64,000 bases of DNA from Gracilinanus agilis (GCF_016433145.1 NC_058131.1:401173885-401237884); one strand, 5' to 3'. Positions 22,631-36,235 are shown, counted from the stretch's first letter. Numbers and translations are program-made. The notes: a model not told the origin generated them from the sequence alone.

Positions 22631-25426
22631 CATAAGGGCAGGAACTGGCTTTTGCCCTTTTTTGTATCCCCAACACTCAGCACATTGCCTGGCACATAGG
22701 AGGCACTTAATAAACGTTTACCCAATTGAATTGGAAAAAAAATTAAATGGTGATAGCAAATTGTAGCATGATACAATGGAAAGAGCCTGGCCCTGGGATG
22801 AGAGAAGTTTAGCCTGAATTTTCACTCTGCCACTTACAATTAATGTGCCTTGAACAAGTCACTTGGACCTTAGTTTCCTCATTTGTAAAATGAGGGGTTG
22901 AACTGACTAGATGACCACAAAGGTCTTTTCCAGATCTAGCATTTATGATACTATGATAGCAAGTAAGAAAACACTAAGTCTCATGGAAGAAGGCAGCAAT
23001 TTCATGCAAAATTTGTGTATCTTGGAAAACATCTGGTCAGTATAAACTCAGTGTCTGCAAAAAGCTGAGCTAAAGTCTAATGATGTCACTCAGTGTTCTG
23101 GCTCTTTCTTCTTCCTCCTGTCTGGTCTGGGCAACTGTTCCCTGTGGCTAGTTTTAGAAGCCATTGCAGTCCATGTGATTGCTAATAAAGGTGGGAGGGG
23201 AGAAAAAACTGAGAGGGGGAAATCTGCCGGGAAGGCGTTTTTACCCATCTACCTCCTGACTTTCAACCCAGAAATGTCCTCAGAGCAACAACGAAAAAAG
23301 GAAAGGAATGGAGTTCTAGTGAAATTCCATTCATTCTTGGCTCTGGAGTTATAATTACATTTATGCTGTACCAAACAACTGACTGATTAAAAATAAAACT
23401 GATGGTGACTGTGTAATTCTTCTTCCTATCTTTTTTCCTTTTTCTCTCTCCCGTCATTTTTCCTTTTATTCCTTTTCTCCCATTAGATTCATGGTCAACC
23501 AGTGGTCACTAAGGATATTGCTTATTCCTACGGAGGGGGACACAAATCTAAAAAGATCTTTTTAGTCCTGAGTTCTCCTTTGTAGGGCCCAGCATCAGCT
23601 GCAGAGAGACAGTACTTGTATTTAGCTCAGAAGAAAAGTACGTGACATTATAAGTTTGCAGATAGGCGTGGGGAGTGATGTTTTGTACAGGATATATTTG
23701 TATAACAGAGGCACTTGTACCCCTCAGATCTTGGCCTGGGCAGAGGGTCTTCTAGAGCTAGGACGAGGAGTAGTTACTGAAGCCTCCATTGGCACTAAAG
23801 ATGCTGAGTTTAGGGACTGAACAGCTGAGGCTTGAATGGAATTTTCCCAAATATACCATTTTCATTTTTTCTCATGTGGATACTGCCATTCTCAATCTCA
23901 TGCTCGTTACCTCCTTTCACATTTTTGTAAGATTTTTGTTCACACTGATCAAATTGGGAAAAGAAGAGGAAAATGGCTCCGAAAGAGTCTCAAACACCCC
24001 TCTAAGCACTGTGAATGCTCTAGAAGTCACTTAAAACATTTCACATGTTGGGAGCCAACCCTACATGAAACACAATCAATAACCATCACTCATAACTCAC
24101 CTTAGTCTGGGAGGGAACTAGCTTTTCCTTGCTTCGGCCACTCCAACCATTTCCAGAGTCCTTTCAGGAGAGAAGCCAGGAATTGGAGAAGCATTCTTGG
24201 TACATAAGAGGGTGTTCATATGGAGGAGCTGGAATCTTAGAATCCTAGATTCAGAACTGGAAGGGATGTCACCAACCATCTTCTTTAACAGATGGGCAAT
24301 CTACAGCCCAGAGGGTTTAAGTAACTCATTCAAAGTCACATAAGTAGCGGTAGTCATGTCAGGATTCGAACCCACCTTCTCTGACTCCAGATCCAATATT
24401 GTTCCCATGGCACCACTCTGCTTTGGAAATGTAGTGGATATTCTTTCAATTACCATCCCCCTGAGCAGACTCCTTGATCAGGAATAATATACGTTTCCAT
24501 TTAACACCAGTTTCTGTTATGAGACAGAAGTCTTTGAATTGTCCTCAGAGTACGAAGGAGCATTCTCTATACCAGAGAGGCAGGCCCTGACTGCAATGTG
24601 GCTGCAACTGAGGCATTTTAGGAAGGAGCAGTAGAGTAGCAAACAAAGAGGAAATATGTGAAAGTTTTCAGTCAGGAAAACTCTAGGATGTGGTATGAAT
24701 AAGACTGTAAAACACCAATTATAGAGACAGGCCTAAATAATTGGAGAAATCTTAAAGGCTTATGGGTAGGCTGAGCCAATATAATTAAAATGATGATTAA
24801 TTTACTTCTTCAGTGCCAATCAAACTACTAACAGATTACTTAATGGAAGAAATATTTAGGAAATTCATTTGGAGGAATAAATCAAAGGTCAGAAATCTCA
24901 AAACCCTAGTATTTGGGACTAGAGTTACTAAATTTCACAGTGGAAGCTATGCTTATGGGGATCCTGCCTATTCCACTGGTTGGGGAAACCCCCAAAGCCA
25001 AAATTCTCAATGATAAAAGCTATCTATGATCTAGGAAAAGGAACTCTGACAACATTCTCCTTACCTAATGCCCTTCCCTCTTCCAGTCTATTCTCCTCAC
25101 AGCTGCTAAAGTAACATTCCTAAAGCAAAAGGCTAACACTCCCTTGTTCAGAAACCTCCAACAGTTTCCTATTGCCTTGTGACTCCATGTATCTTCTCAC
25201 TACTGTGCTCCTGCCTCTGCCCCATCGCCCTGCTTTGCTTTGGCTTTTCCTGCCCTTAACGCTCTACTCCTCTGAGCTCTTTCCCTTCCTTCCTCTCTCT
25301 CATCCTCTCCAGGCGCTTCCTTTCCCCATTTTGTCCTGGCCAATCCCCTTTCCTGACCTCCCTTGTCCTGCCTGGCACTTGGTTGTTTCCCAACAAGTCT
25401 CACAGTTGTTTCTCTCTGACTGACAG

Positions 25427-25869
25427 GTCTGGCCCTGGATCGGCTGAATGTCCCAGATCCAGCTTGGATGGCGAGGCTGTCCCTGCCTCTTAACACCAAC
25501 TACAGAGACAATGTCTTTTCCCCTGACTCCCCAGCCTCTAACCAGGGTGGAGGAGTCACCGCCATGGAGGAACCAAGAACCTTCCAGACATTTGGTAAAT
25601 CCGCTGGTTCCGAGATGAACTCGATGGGGACCCAGCTGGCCAGCACCTTCCTCTCAGAGATGAGCTCCCTGTTTGAGATGCTGCTATCCCAGAACAGCAA
25701 CGCCCCGGTGGCTGCCTCCGAAGTGCTGCAGCGCCTCTCGGCCTGCGGCAAGACCCTGGGGTTGGACCTTGCTGGGAGTGGGGCCCTGGGCTTGGAAGCC
25801 AAAGGTACAAGCGGAAAGAAAGGACCCAAGAGCAGGACTGACAGCAGCAATAGCAGCAGGGGCCTGTGA
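25427..25869 (+). CDS. PCDH12: Protocadherin-12 coding exon 4 to stop (spliced CDS 3558 nt, 1185 aa)
   Basis: gacag/GT CTG; [46 protein letters not shown]; TGA at 25867-25869. Confidence 0.96.
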
Positions 25870-26278
25870 AGACGGTCTTTCTGTCTTAGGAGAAACCTAA
25901 GCCGCCCACCCCAGAGATTGAGGAGCCCTGGAGAGTTGCCTGTTGTGTACACACCTTAAAGCCTGTCCAGTTTGGTGCTGGGGGATGAGTCAGAGACCTA
26001 TGTCCCATGGGTAGGGCCTGACATCTCTGATCTCACCATGAGGAAACCTAACCTGAGGTAGACAGAAAACTCCTGGCTGATTCTACATCCAAAAATTGTT
26101 CCAAAGGAAGGTACCTCGCTCATCCCCAAGATGGCCAGCCTTGGCAAGCAGACCAAAGCAGACTTCTTTAAATGACTCAACCTACTGAAGGACTTGGCTA
26201 AAGAATGGGTGTTAGACCAAAGCAGAGACTGGGTGTTTGTTAGTAAAATACACACAAATGGTGAAGAAACATTTCCTA

Positions 26279-26488
26279 GGGGACAACTAGGCAGCTCAGT
26301 GGACTGAGAGCTAAACCTAGAAATGGGAGGTCCTAAGTTCAAATCTGACCTCAGAGTCTTCCTAGCTGTGTGACCCTGGGCAAGTCACTTAACCACCATT
26401 GCCTAGCTCTTCCCATTCTTCTGCCTTGGAACCAATATACAGTATTGATTCTAAGACAGAAAGTAAGGGTTAAAAAAAAAAAAAGAAA
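26279..26488 (+). mobile_element. SINE1_Mdo in the probable PCDH12 3'UTR
   Basis: Full length, flanked by AAACATTTCCTAG duplication. Confidence 0.9.
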
Positions 26489-26737
26489 AACATTTCCTAG
26501 AAGTAGAAGTGCTTAAGAAATATCACAAGCAAGTATGTGTGAATGAACATTCTCATGAAAAACACTACCTGAGTTTCCCCTCATTTGATAAAGCCTGAGC
26601 CACCCTTACACATTCTTCCATCAGTGTTAATTGGCCCATTGATAAGGTAGCATAAATCTTCTAGTTGTCACCTCTTCTCAATATTGAAAAATGGGGGAAG
26701 GAAGAATAACACAATGTTCACTTTGCCCATCTTCTCC

Positions 26738-26781
26738 AATAAACCTTTGGCCAATTTGGTTAGTCAGTTTTAGGGAATAAA
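26738..26781 (+). terminator. Candidate PCDH12 poly(A) signals
   Basis: AATAAA at 26738-26743 and 26776-26781, the first canonical hexamers seen after the stop. Confidence 0.35.
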
Positions 26782-27419
26782 TGGAGAGGCTCCTTTGACT
26801 TCACCCCAAAGTGGCATGTGTGTTAAGTATACATACTTGTACCATCTATGCATTTCACCAGAGCCTGACATTCTAATCAGCTGCCACTTAAGATCCCTTC
26901 TCTAGAGAGGCCTTCTGCCTTTGGCCTATTGGTCCTCCTTGATGTGGTTTTTAAAGGGGTAATAGTGATGTCTATGTATAACAGGACACCCGAGATTAAA
27001 CTCTTCTCACTTTGGGAGATGAGAAATGGCCAATAATTTGGGCTATTGCCAGCGGTGAACTTGCCTGAGCTTCACTCTGGAGACCTATTAAAAATAAAAT
27101 ACTTCCAAAGCAACTTGGTCTAATGGATCTGTGAACTATCTTATCAGAAGCTGAGGCTGAGATTTAATATGCTGAAGATGAGTTTAATTTAGATTGGAGC
27201 AAGTCAAGAGGTCCAGGAGTAGGCAAAGAATTGGCCCCTGATGACACTTTATTTTCACAGTCCAGAACATTTGGGTGCATGAGCAAGCCATCTTTTCTCA
27301 TACGTTGGGCTTTAATCTTTGTCCAGTTTTCCAAAATCTAACTCACTTCAGTCCCTAGAGAACACCATGAAATCCCTCTTGAGAGGAGGAAATCTGTCAA
27401 AGAAATGGTTCCCCAGCAA

Positions 27420-28803
27420 AGCTACCTTTGAAAAGCCCAACCTTCATCTTTTCTCTGGCCTCATTTTTCTTGATCTCTCTGTAGCTCTCTGACCCTGTTT
27501 ATCATTCTCTCCTCCTTGATATTCTTTTCTCTCCAGGTTTTCAGGATACCACTCTCTCCTGGTTCTTGTCCTATTTGACCACTCCTTTGTTGGAGTTGTC
27601 CTCCCCCATATCATCCCCTCCAGGGACCTGGAGGGTGTCCCTCCAGGTTCTATCCTGGGCCTCTCTTCTCCCTACATACTACTTCACTTGGTGATCTCAT
27701 CAGCTCCCATGAATTTCATGAGCATCTCTGTGTGGATGACCCCAAATCTACCTGTCTTGCCCCAAATCCTCTCCACCTCCCCATCTCATATTTCCAACTT
27801 TCAGACATCTTGAAGCAGAAGCAGACGTCTTAAACTCAGTATATCCAGAGAGGGCTCAGTTCTCCCCCTCAAGTCCTCATCCCACCCCTCAGCTCTCACT
27901 GTAGAGGGAAACATCACCCTCCCAGACCTAGGAGTCGTCCTGGATTCCTTCCTCTCATCCCTCTGCCAAGACATGCTAATGTTACCTTTGCAACATCTCC
28001 CAACTACATCCCCATCTCTCCTCAGCATTGCCACCACTTTAGTGCAGGTCCTCATCTCCTTATACCTGGACTATTTGCCACTGGGTCTCCACTCCACTTC
28101 ACCCTCCATATAGCCACTAGTTATTTTTCTTTCTTTTTTTAATCGTTTTATTTAAAAAATTTTTCCCATGGTTACATGATTCATGTTTTATCCCTCCCCT
28201 CTTCACTCTCAGAGTTAACAAGCAATTCTACTGGGTTATATCACTAGTTATTTTTCTAAAGCACAAGTCTTATCATGCCACCCTGTGCCTCAATAAACTC
28301 CAGTAGCTTCCTCTTAACTCCAGGATCAAATGCAAAATGCTCTGTTTGGCATTCAAAGCCCCTGACAACCTAGCCCCTCCTACCTTTCCAGTCTTTCAGA
28401 TCCATACTTTCTGACCTAGTGACATTGGCCTCCTGACTATTCCAGGAACAAGATGCTCCATCCCTCAAATTCAAGTGTATTCTCTGGCTGGCCCCATATC
28501 TTCAAGTCTCCTCCTCTATTCTGACCACTGACCTCCCTGGCTTCCTTTGGATCCTGACTACAATCTCATTTTTTCCTAGAAGCCTTTTCCAACCCTTCTC
28601 AGTTCTAGTGCTTTCCCTCTGACCATGATTTCCTATTTATCCTGGATACAGTTTGCTTTGCATATGTTTGTTTGCATGTTGGCTCTTTCATTAGACTGTA
28701 AGCTTCTTGAGGGCAGGGGTTGTCTTTTTTCTTTCTGTATTCCCAGTGCTTAGCAGTGTCTGAAATATAATAGGTGCTTAATAAATGTTTACAGATTATC
28801 TGT
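27420..28803 (+). mobile_element. L2 relic running into an assembly gap
   Basis: CT-rich body; ends CCCAGTGCTTAGCAGTGTCTG..ATAGGTGCTTAATAAATGTT. Confidence 0.8.
28131..28241 (-). mobile_element. Short L1 3' end inserted in L2
   Basis: Poly(T) plus CATGGTTACATGATTCATG; 16-bp TSD CACTAGTTATTTTTCT at 28115-28130 and 28242-28257. Confidence 0.85.
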
Positions 28804-28973
28804 NNNNNNNNNNNNNNNNNNNNNNNNNNNNNNNNNNNNNNNNNNNNNNNNNNNNNNNNNNNNNNNNNNNNNNNNNNNNNNNNNNNNNNNNNNNNNNNNN
28901 NNNNNNNNNNNNNNNNNNNNNNNNNNNNNNNNNNNNNNNNNNNNNNNNNNNNNNNNNNNNNNNNNNNNNNNNN
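28804..28973. other. Assembly gap (170 N)
   Basis: N run. Confidence 1.
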
Positions 28974-29287
28974 GGAAGTTAGAAAGATGGAGTGACAGCC
29001 AGAGAGAGAGACAGAGACAGACAGAGGGAGCATTATATATACCAAAGTACAAAAAGCTGGTCCTGGGTATCAGAAAGACCTAGGTTCAAATCCTGCCTCT
29101 GACAAATACTATACTGGCTGTATGACCTTGGGCAAATCAGTTAATCTTGCTCTCTGTGCTCCTATACAAATCTCTAAGGCTTCCCTATCTTAATGGGATC
29201 ACAGATTTGTTGCCCCCTCTACCAAACACACACACAAAGAATACAGAAAACCAAGAAATGCCAAATCTTAAAACTCATCATTGTTCA

Positions 29288-29470
29288 GGGCAGCTGGGTG
29301 ACACAATGGATGGAGTTGGGAGGTCCTGGGTTTAAATCTGACCGCAGATACTTCCTAGCTATGTGACCCTGGGCAAATCACTTAACCCGTTTTGCCTAGC
29401 TCTTAGAACTCTTCTACCTTAGATCAATTCTCAGGCAGAAGGTCAGGGTTTAAAAAACAAACAAACAAAA
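29288..29470 (+). mobile_element. SINE1_Mdo
   Basis: Consensus match. Confidence 0.85.
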
Positions 29471-29944
29471 CCCCAACTCATCACTGTCCTAGAAATATGC
29501 AGGCAGCTCACCAGCCTGTGCATTAGCAGCATGCTCTTGGGATAAGTCCTTCCTCAGGAGAGGTGCAGAATTTGTGCTCTGAGAATGATACAACCATTCT
29601 CCCAGTCAGAAGGAATAAAGAAAACTATGCTTTGCATCTGAAAATTGGCTTCTGTGTGGCAGATGAGAAAACTAAACTGAAGCAAAGCTAACCTGGAGGG
29701 GGTCCCAGGCTGGTGTGGGCATTGGCTCATGTTATCTGCTCAGCCTCATAGACTTCCTGTGTGCGGAAGAGGGGGTGAAAAGGTGTAGAGGAATGACACT
29801 GAGGCGGAATGATGCTCCGCCTCCGCCTGCCTCTGCCTATGACCTCTTGTGGGCCCAGGCAGCACAGTGAGCAGATTGGATGAGCTGAGCTTTTAAAAAC
29901 TGGGGGTGGAGGGACATTCTCTGATAATACAAGCTGGGGGAAGA

Positions 29945-30195
29945 GAGTAAGCATTTATATGGCGCCTATTACATGTCAGGCATTATGGGAAATGGTTTTT
30001 ACAAATATTATTCCTTTGAATCCACACAACCCCATGATGAAGGGGCTGTTGTTATCCCCATTTTACAATTGTACAAATGGAGGTAAACAGGTTAAGTAAC
30101 TTGCAGAGGTGGCATAGCTAGTATCTGAGGCCACGTTTGAACTCGGGTCTTCCTGACTTTGGATCCAGAGCTCTACCCACCATGCCCCCTAGCCA
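29945..30195 (-). mobile_element. MIR
   Basis: Near full-length antisense MIR. Confidence 0.8.
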
Positions 30196-31086
30196 CCTCT
30201 CTCCTGTGGTAATGGAAACATCTCCCAGACTAACCCTCTTCCCTGTACAGGGAAAGAGTAGGCTACAATGTGTTTCAGCACAAGATGATTCAAGTTCATG
30301 CTGGATTTTGGGCACAGAAAGGTAACGATGTCAGAGCTAAAATTTTGGACAACAGTATGATTCCCACCAAGCTGGTATTTGTTCTCCCTGAGAAGGGCAA
30401 GCCCTAGGTAATATTTTACCAATATTTGAGCACAGGCAGCACAATAGATGGCACTTGGAGCCAGCCAGCTTAGAGACTGGTAGGCAGTCATTCTCATGAC
30501 CAAATTCCAACCTGCCAGCAATGTGTACATGATTAACCTCATTTCTACCTTCTATCCACTAACGGAATGGTCATTCATCCAGCAAACACTGACTGAGCAC
30601 CGGTTGTGTTCAAGGCCCAGTGCCAGGTACTCAGAGGCATTCAGTGATGAATGAGCCACAGAGCTGGTGTTCTCATAAAACTCCAAACTGTTTTCCAGAA
30701 TGGCCAGACTGATTCACAGTTCCACCAACAGGGACTGTTGTTGTTACTCACCTCCTGCTGTCCAACATCGGCCATTGTCATCTTTTTCTTCCTTGCCCAC
30801 CCCATTTGAGGATAAGTTCCCAACGCTATACCCAATACTAAGTACAGTGCCTAACATGCGGCAGGTGCTTAATAAATGTTTATTGATAGATGGAAGGTGT
30901 AACCTCACACTGATTTCTCTGTTCTCAAGGAGCTTGAGGCCTAATGGGAAGACATTTCACTGTAATGCCAAGTGTGACAAATGACAAAAAAAGACAAAAG
31001 TGTTTCAAGATGGGAGGCATCACATGCATGATAGAAGATAGGAAGAATTTCAACCTAAAAAGATGTAGCTTAGAAGGGATAGAGGA

Positions 31087-31282
31087 GGGGCAGCCAGATG
31101 GCTCAGTGGATAATCAGACCTGGAATAGGAGGTCCTGGATTCAAATCTAACCTCAGGTACTTCCTAGTTGTGTGACCCTGGGCTAGTCACTGAAATCCAG
31201 TTGCCTAGCCCTTACCACTCTTCTGCCTTGCAACTCATATTTAGTATCGATCTAAGACAGAAGGTAAGAGTTTGGGGAAAAA
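31087..31282 (+). mobile_element. SINE1_Mdo
   Basis: Consensus match. Confidence 0.87.
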
Positions 31283-32640
31283 GAATGGTCTGAGCAAGAG
31301 CACTAGAACCACAGGACATAGCTGGAGCATAGCAAGAGGTCAGTCATTCAGCCTTGGGTTCCTTAAAAAAAAAAAAAAAAAAAAAAGAGACTCCAAAGGA
31401 ATTGGAAAGGCAAAGGAAGTTCAATTATAAGGACTTGGGTAGGATTTATTTTTAAAATTTTTTAGTTAGCCTGGCACACTGGGAGCACTTGGTAAATATA
31501 TGCCCCTATAAGGAAGCTGAGGCACAAGGGACTAATTAAGTCAGCCAGAAACCTAGATCTAAAAGCCTTTAGTCACCCAAAAGTCCAGCCCAGGCTCTGC
31601 TGACAAGGCTTTCTCTGCCCTATCCTTCCTTTCAAAGGTTGGGTGATGAGTCATCAGATAATGGGGCTTTAATGCTAAGAGATCTCTGGTGTGTCTGTGC
31701 TGTCCAAATTCATCTGGATGAAGGCAGTGGAGGGCTGCAAAAAGGACACTGGATTTGGAGTCAGAAAGGATCTTCTGTTTCGGAGATTTATTAGCTGTGT
31801 AATTGTGAGCTAGTCATTCAATCTCACCAAGTCTCTTCAAACTGGATATAATATCCTGTAGTATCTACCTAGTGAAGATCAGAAGAGGTAACTGTAGGTA
31901 ACATTCTTTGCAAACCTAAAGTACTATATAAATGTCAATTATTATGGCCTAGATGATCTTTGCTATGCAGCCACGGGGGCTGGGAGCAGAAGAGTCTAGT
32001 GATGATGGCCCGCTCTCATCTTCCTGATGTGTGAGAACACTTATAAAAATGGCTGGGGAATAAGGAGTGCTGCAGGACATGATGGTAGCTGAGGTGCTAC
32101 CGGAACCACAAGGAACTCTGGGAGACATTAGAAGTGGGAAGGAGCTATTGAGAGAGGTCTATGGTAAAGTTCAATGGATGCATGGATGGAGAGACAAATG
32201 ACCTTAAAGCAACCCAGGGGAATGTGAAAGGATTTTTATGCCAATATATCCCCATCTTCTTCCTGACACTCCTGGAGAACTTGCAAAATGTTCTCTCTTT
32301 ACCTAGATATTAATCAGTTCAGGCATCCATCCATCTATCCTTCCTCAATTCCTACCTAAATGTTTCATTAAACACAGATGAATATCATGAAGAAGAAAAG
32401 TCACTAGCAAATTCATTAATTTAGGCTACTAACAAGAATAAGAAAGTCAGTGGGACAAGGTTTGATGCATTCTGCTCTGGAACAATGATCTAGTCAGGTG
32501 ACTTTAAACTGTCTAATAGAAGAATCTGAGCTATGAAGGTTGGCCTGCCCTCTCTCTTCTGGCCCCATATTCAGCTCCCCATTCACATTCAAAGGGGATA
32601 AAGTGATAAGAAAACCTAATTCTGGTTTTAATCAGCATAT

Positions 32641-32646
32641 TTTATT
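32641..32646 (-). terminator. Candidate DELE1 poly(A) signal
   Basis: AATAAA on the - strand about 575 nt after the stop, in AU-rich context. Confidence 0.5.
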
Positions 32647-33218
32647 AAGTATTAAGAGATCTTAATATTATATGATGTCCCAAGTGAGGCTATGAAAAAC
32701 CATGCTCTTATTTATAGAACTCACACTCAAGTCTCCATTTTCCATGGAAAAATAAAGTGATTCTTCAAGGTCTTCACAGAAGAATCTGATTGAGCAGCAC
32801 CAAACCCTTTGGGTCCAAGGCCATGTCCAGTGTCAGTGAGGGATTCCTATAGCTTCCATCTTTGGGACTGAAATGATCATCATGGGGCCAAACAGATATG
32901 TCCAGGGAATAGCTCTGAATGGAAATCCTCTTTCAAACCAAACAAAGAAACAAACAAAAAAATCAGGCTACAAAGAAGTGAATCCTTATTGTTTAGGGAC
33001 CATATATATTTTAATTTGCTAAGCACTGAAAACAGTTGGTGGAAATCACACCCAACTCTCTACAGTGAATTTCAAACCAGTCCAAATTAGAGAATGCTAT
33101 CCTTGATAACAATTTTCCCACCAGAGTGCAAAGGGCTATTTTATATTTTTGTTGCTATCCCCTCAAACCACCCCAAGGCCTATCCTCTTTGAGGCTGCTC
33201 CATAACTATACTCTTACC

Positions 33219-33457
33219 TTATCCAAATCCTAGTTTTACCAGATGCATCTCAAAAGGATGTGGGCTTGAGGGTTCTGTTGCCCCAAAAGTGCTAGTGCTG
33301 GGTCCCAGACGATCATTTCTGTCAAGAAGTCCAAGGTTTCCTGTGCTCCAAGCATGGGGAAGGTGGGCAGCCCCATTCAGGGCTGTATCCAGAGTACAGA
33401 CAGAAGGGCTAGAGAAGGACCTCAAACCTTTAAGTGCTGGGTTATCATGCCCCAAAG
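33219..33457 (-). CDS. DELE1: DELE1 exon 12 to stop (spliced CDS 1533 nt, 510 aa)
   Basis: ctttag/CT; LKGLRSFSSPSVCTL..LPHAWSTGNLGLL..VKLGFG stop. Confidence 0.95.
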
Positions 33458-33644
33458 CTAAAGAGAGAGAAGAATTCTCATTCAGTAAGCAGGAACTTGA
33501 ATTTGGTTTGGTTTTTCTGGGGTTGGTGTGGCACAGAAGACAGGCCCTCTCACCTCTGATACATAATGTCTGTGTAACCTCTTGGTACCACAGGCAACTT
33601 TCTAAGACTAGGAAGTTGCAAAAAAGGATCATGGCATCAGAGAT

Positions 33645-33830
33645 TTGGGGCTAGAAGGGACCTTCAAGGCCACTGAATCCAATAGCCTAATTTTACAGAT
33701 GAAGAAACTGAAGTTCAGCAAGATGTAATCACATTGTACAAGGAAAATACCAGTAGCGAGCGTGTAAGGATTCAAACTAGGTTCTTCTGACTTCCAGTCT
33801 GGAGCTCTAGCCACCACATCCAGCAGCCTA
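33645..33830 (-). mobile_element. MIR
   Basis: TTTTACAGATGAAGAAACTGAAG core. Confidence 0.7.
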
Positions 33831-34168
33831 ACGTGTAGGACCTTAAAGAACACGACACAGATCGGCTTCCTCCAGCATACCAAGTCTACCCAAATCCTCC
33901 CAACACTTGGTAGATGCCTTATCAAAGACGTGCTACTCCTAACTCCATAATTTTGCCTCACTCAAAGAAGGAAGATACAGGGTACAACAGCAAGTCCTAA
34001 CACAGCAACCAGGCCTTCCCACCATGGACTGGAATGTGAAAAATGGGATACTTTGTAGGCACTATAGAGATCATGTGAATTATGACTACATATGGAAAAT
34101 CTACAATACTATCAAAGTGTGAGGTAGAAAACAAAATAGTAAAAAACATGACATAAAGGAGGAAATAA

Positions 34169-34308
34169 GGGGCAGCTAGGAAGCATAGTGGATTGAGAGA
34201 CAGATTTAGAGTTGGGAGGTCCTGGGTTTTGGGCAAGTTGCTTAATTCGGATTGTTGTTCTTTTGTCTTAGAATCGATACTAAGACGGAAGGTAAAGGTT
34301 TAAAAAAA
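34169..34308 (+). mobile_element. SINE1_Mdo with internal deletion (DELE1 intron 11)
   Basis: Head and tail present; about 40 bp of the middle is missing. Confidence 0.8.
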
Positions 34309-34463
34309 TAAGTAAAAGGAACTACCAGTGGTCACTATCTTCTCCATCACCACCTTTGTTTCTAAGGAAAGGGAAAATGTGTTCTGATCTGAGCTGGATT
34401 CAATCCTCAAGTTCTTGAAGAAATTATGAGTGAGACATGTGGAGGGGCTGGGGTTAACTGTAC

Positions 34464-34623
34464 CTTCCAGCTCTGTTGAGAAAAGCACCCTCAGTCTCCT
34501 CTGAGCTGGCTCATTCCCTAGAGCAGCTGATTGCTGGTAATATCTCATGGCTTCCCCTAGGTTCTTCTGGACGCCAAAGCCCTTTTCATAGCAAATCCCC
34601 ATGTGGTACTTGCTCTGAGAATC
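34464..34623 (-). CDS. DELE1: DELE1 exon 11 (160 bp, SEL1/TPR repeat)
   Basis: [37 protein letters not shown]; AG/GT boundaries. Confidence 0.96.
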
Positions 34624-35227
34624 CTAAAGAAGACATATACACACACACAAGATAGTAGATACAGGACATGTTAAAGCAGAAGAAAGCAAAGGGTTTGGGA
34701 GCCAACAATTTCCATCCACATTGTAAAAAGTAAGACCCAAGCCCCAGGACCAACCCCCTCTACACATGCCAATGACCCATCACCACAAAAAGAGATTATC
34801 GAGGGGAATCTGAGTTCAAAACTAGCCAACCCCAAAGGAGAGAGAGCCCAGAGAGGTACTGAACACCTAAGGGCTGTAGAGCATCCCTCAGCAGGGACAG
34901 AGAAGCCAATGAAGGCTAAAGTCACCAACCTGAATATGGGAGATCCGGGAAGAAAGTCAGCCAGCTATGTTTATTATGATAAAGAATGAATTGAAACACA
35001 CACACAGATCAGGAGGGAAATTCTAAAAATCTTGTGTAAGTATATGCCAAACACCGAGTACTAGGTGCTATAACTTATAGGTAAGAAATCTGAGTAAAGA
35101 GCTATGCCTAAGGATACTGGAACTTAAAATTCCTACAACTTTGTCTGAGGCCAGTTTTAGAAAAATTCATGTTTGAAAAAAATTCTAATTAATAAATAAT
35201 AACTAGCAATATACAGTACTTAAAAAC

Positions 35228-35420
35228 ATTTTTAAACCCCCTTACGGTCTGTCCTAGAATTAATACTGCATATTTTTTCCTAGGCCAGAAAGATCTAGGT
35301 AATTGGGGTTAAGTGACTTGCCCAAGGTCACACAATTAAGAAGTGTCTGAGGCCAGATTTGAACCCAGGGCCATCCAATTTCAGGCCTGGCTCTCTATCC
35401 ACTGAGTCACCTAGCGGCCC
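35228..35420 (-). mobile_element. SINE1_Mdo (DELE1 intron 10)
   Basis: Consensus match. Confidence 0.87.
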
Positions 35421-36047
35421 TGCAATATATAATATTTTAAGGCTTCCAAAGCACTTTAGACAGGCTATTTCATTTGATCCTCATAACAACACTAGGAGGT
35501 AGGTGCTAATATTATCCTCATTTTATAGATGACAAGATGGAGGCTGAGTGAGGTTAAAGGATTTGTCCAGGGATATATGGCTAGTAATTAATTATGAAGC
35601 AGGATTTGAATTTAAGTCTTCTTGCCTCCAAGTTCAGCAATCTATCCGTTGTACTGTCCAGCTGTCCCTCTTCTCTACTCGGGGCAGGAACTGGGTCTGT
35701 TTTATATGTGCTGTAAGTATACACAAAGCAGTGTGGAGTATGGGAGGAAGGTGTGGGTTCAAGTCCAACATCTAACCTAAACCAGCTGTGTAACTGGGGT
35801 AATTTGCCCATCAAGCTTCCAATATACTATTGCACTTGCCCTCCCACTGGCCCTAGGCAATTCTCTTTGACAGTTCTCCAAGTTACAAGGCAGCTGCACA
35901 AAGACATGGGGAGAGAGTGCTTACTTATCAAAACTTTCCTAACCAATGAATTAATGAGTCCAGATGAAAACACAATGTACTTAAAAAAACAAAACACAAC
36001 TCTATCTTCTAGGCACACAAGAAATACATGAGGTTTGTTTTTGCACA

Positions 36048-36235
36048 CTTTTAAACCCTTACCTTTTATATGAATTATCACTTCCAAGAGAGAAGAGAGG
36101 TAAGGGCTAGGCAACGGGTTAAGTAACTTGTCCAGGGTCAACACCACCAGGCAGTGTCTGAGCCCAAATTTGAACTCAGGACCTCCCATCTCTAAGCCTG
36201 GCTCTCTATCTGTCCAATGAATCACTTAGCTGCCC
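36048..36235 (-). mobile_element. SINE1_Mdo (DELE1 intron 10)
   Basis: Consensus match. Confidence 0.87.

Noticed and set aside
25500-25952. 150-aa antisense ORF over PCDH12 exon 4
   Set aside because: Shadow of the coding exon with no independent support.
28605-29052. Long ORFs spanning Ns (also 54309-54638)
   Set aside because: Artefacts of assembly gaps.
30441-30457. Weak CTCF-like motif ACAATAGATGGCACT
   Set aside because: Two mismatches in core positions; not called.
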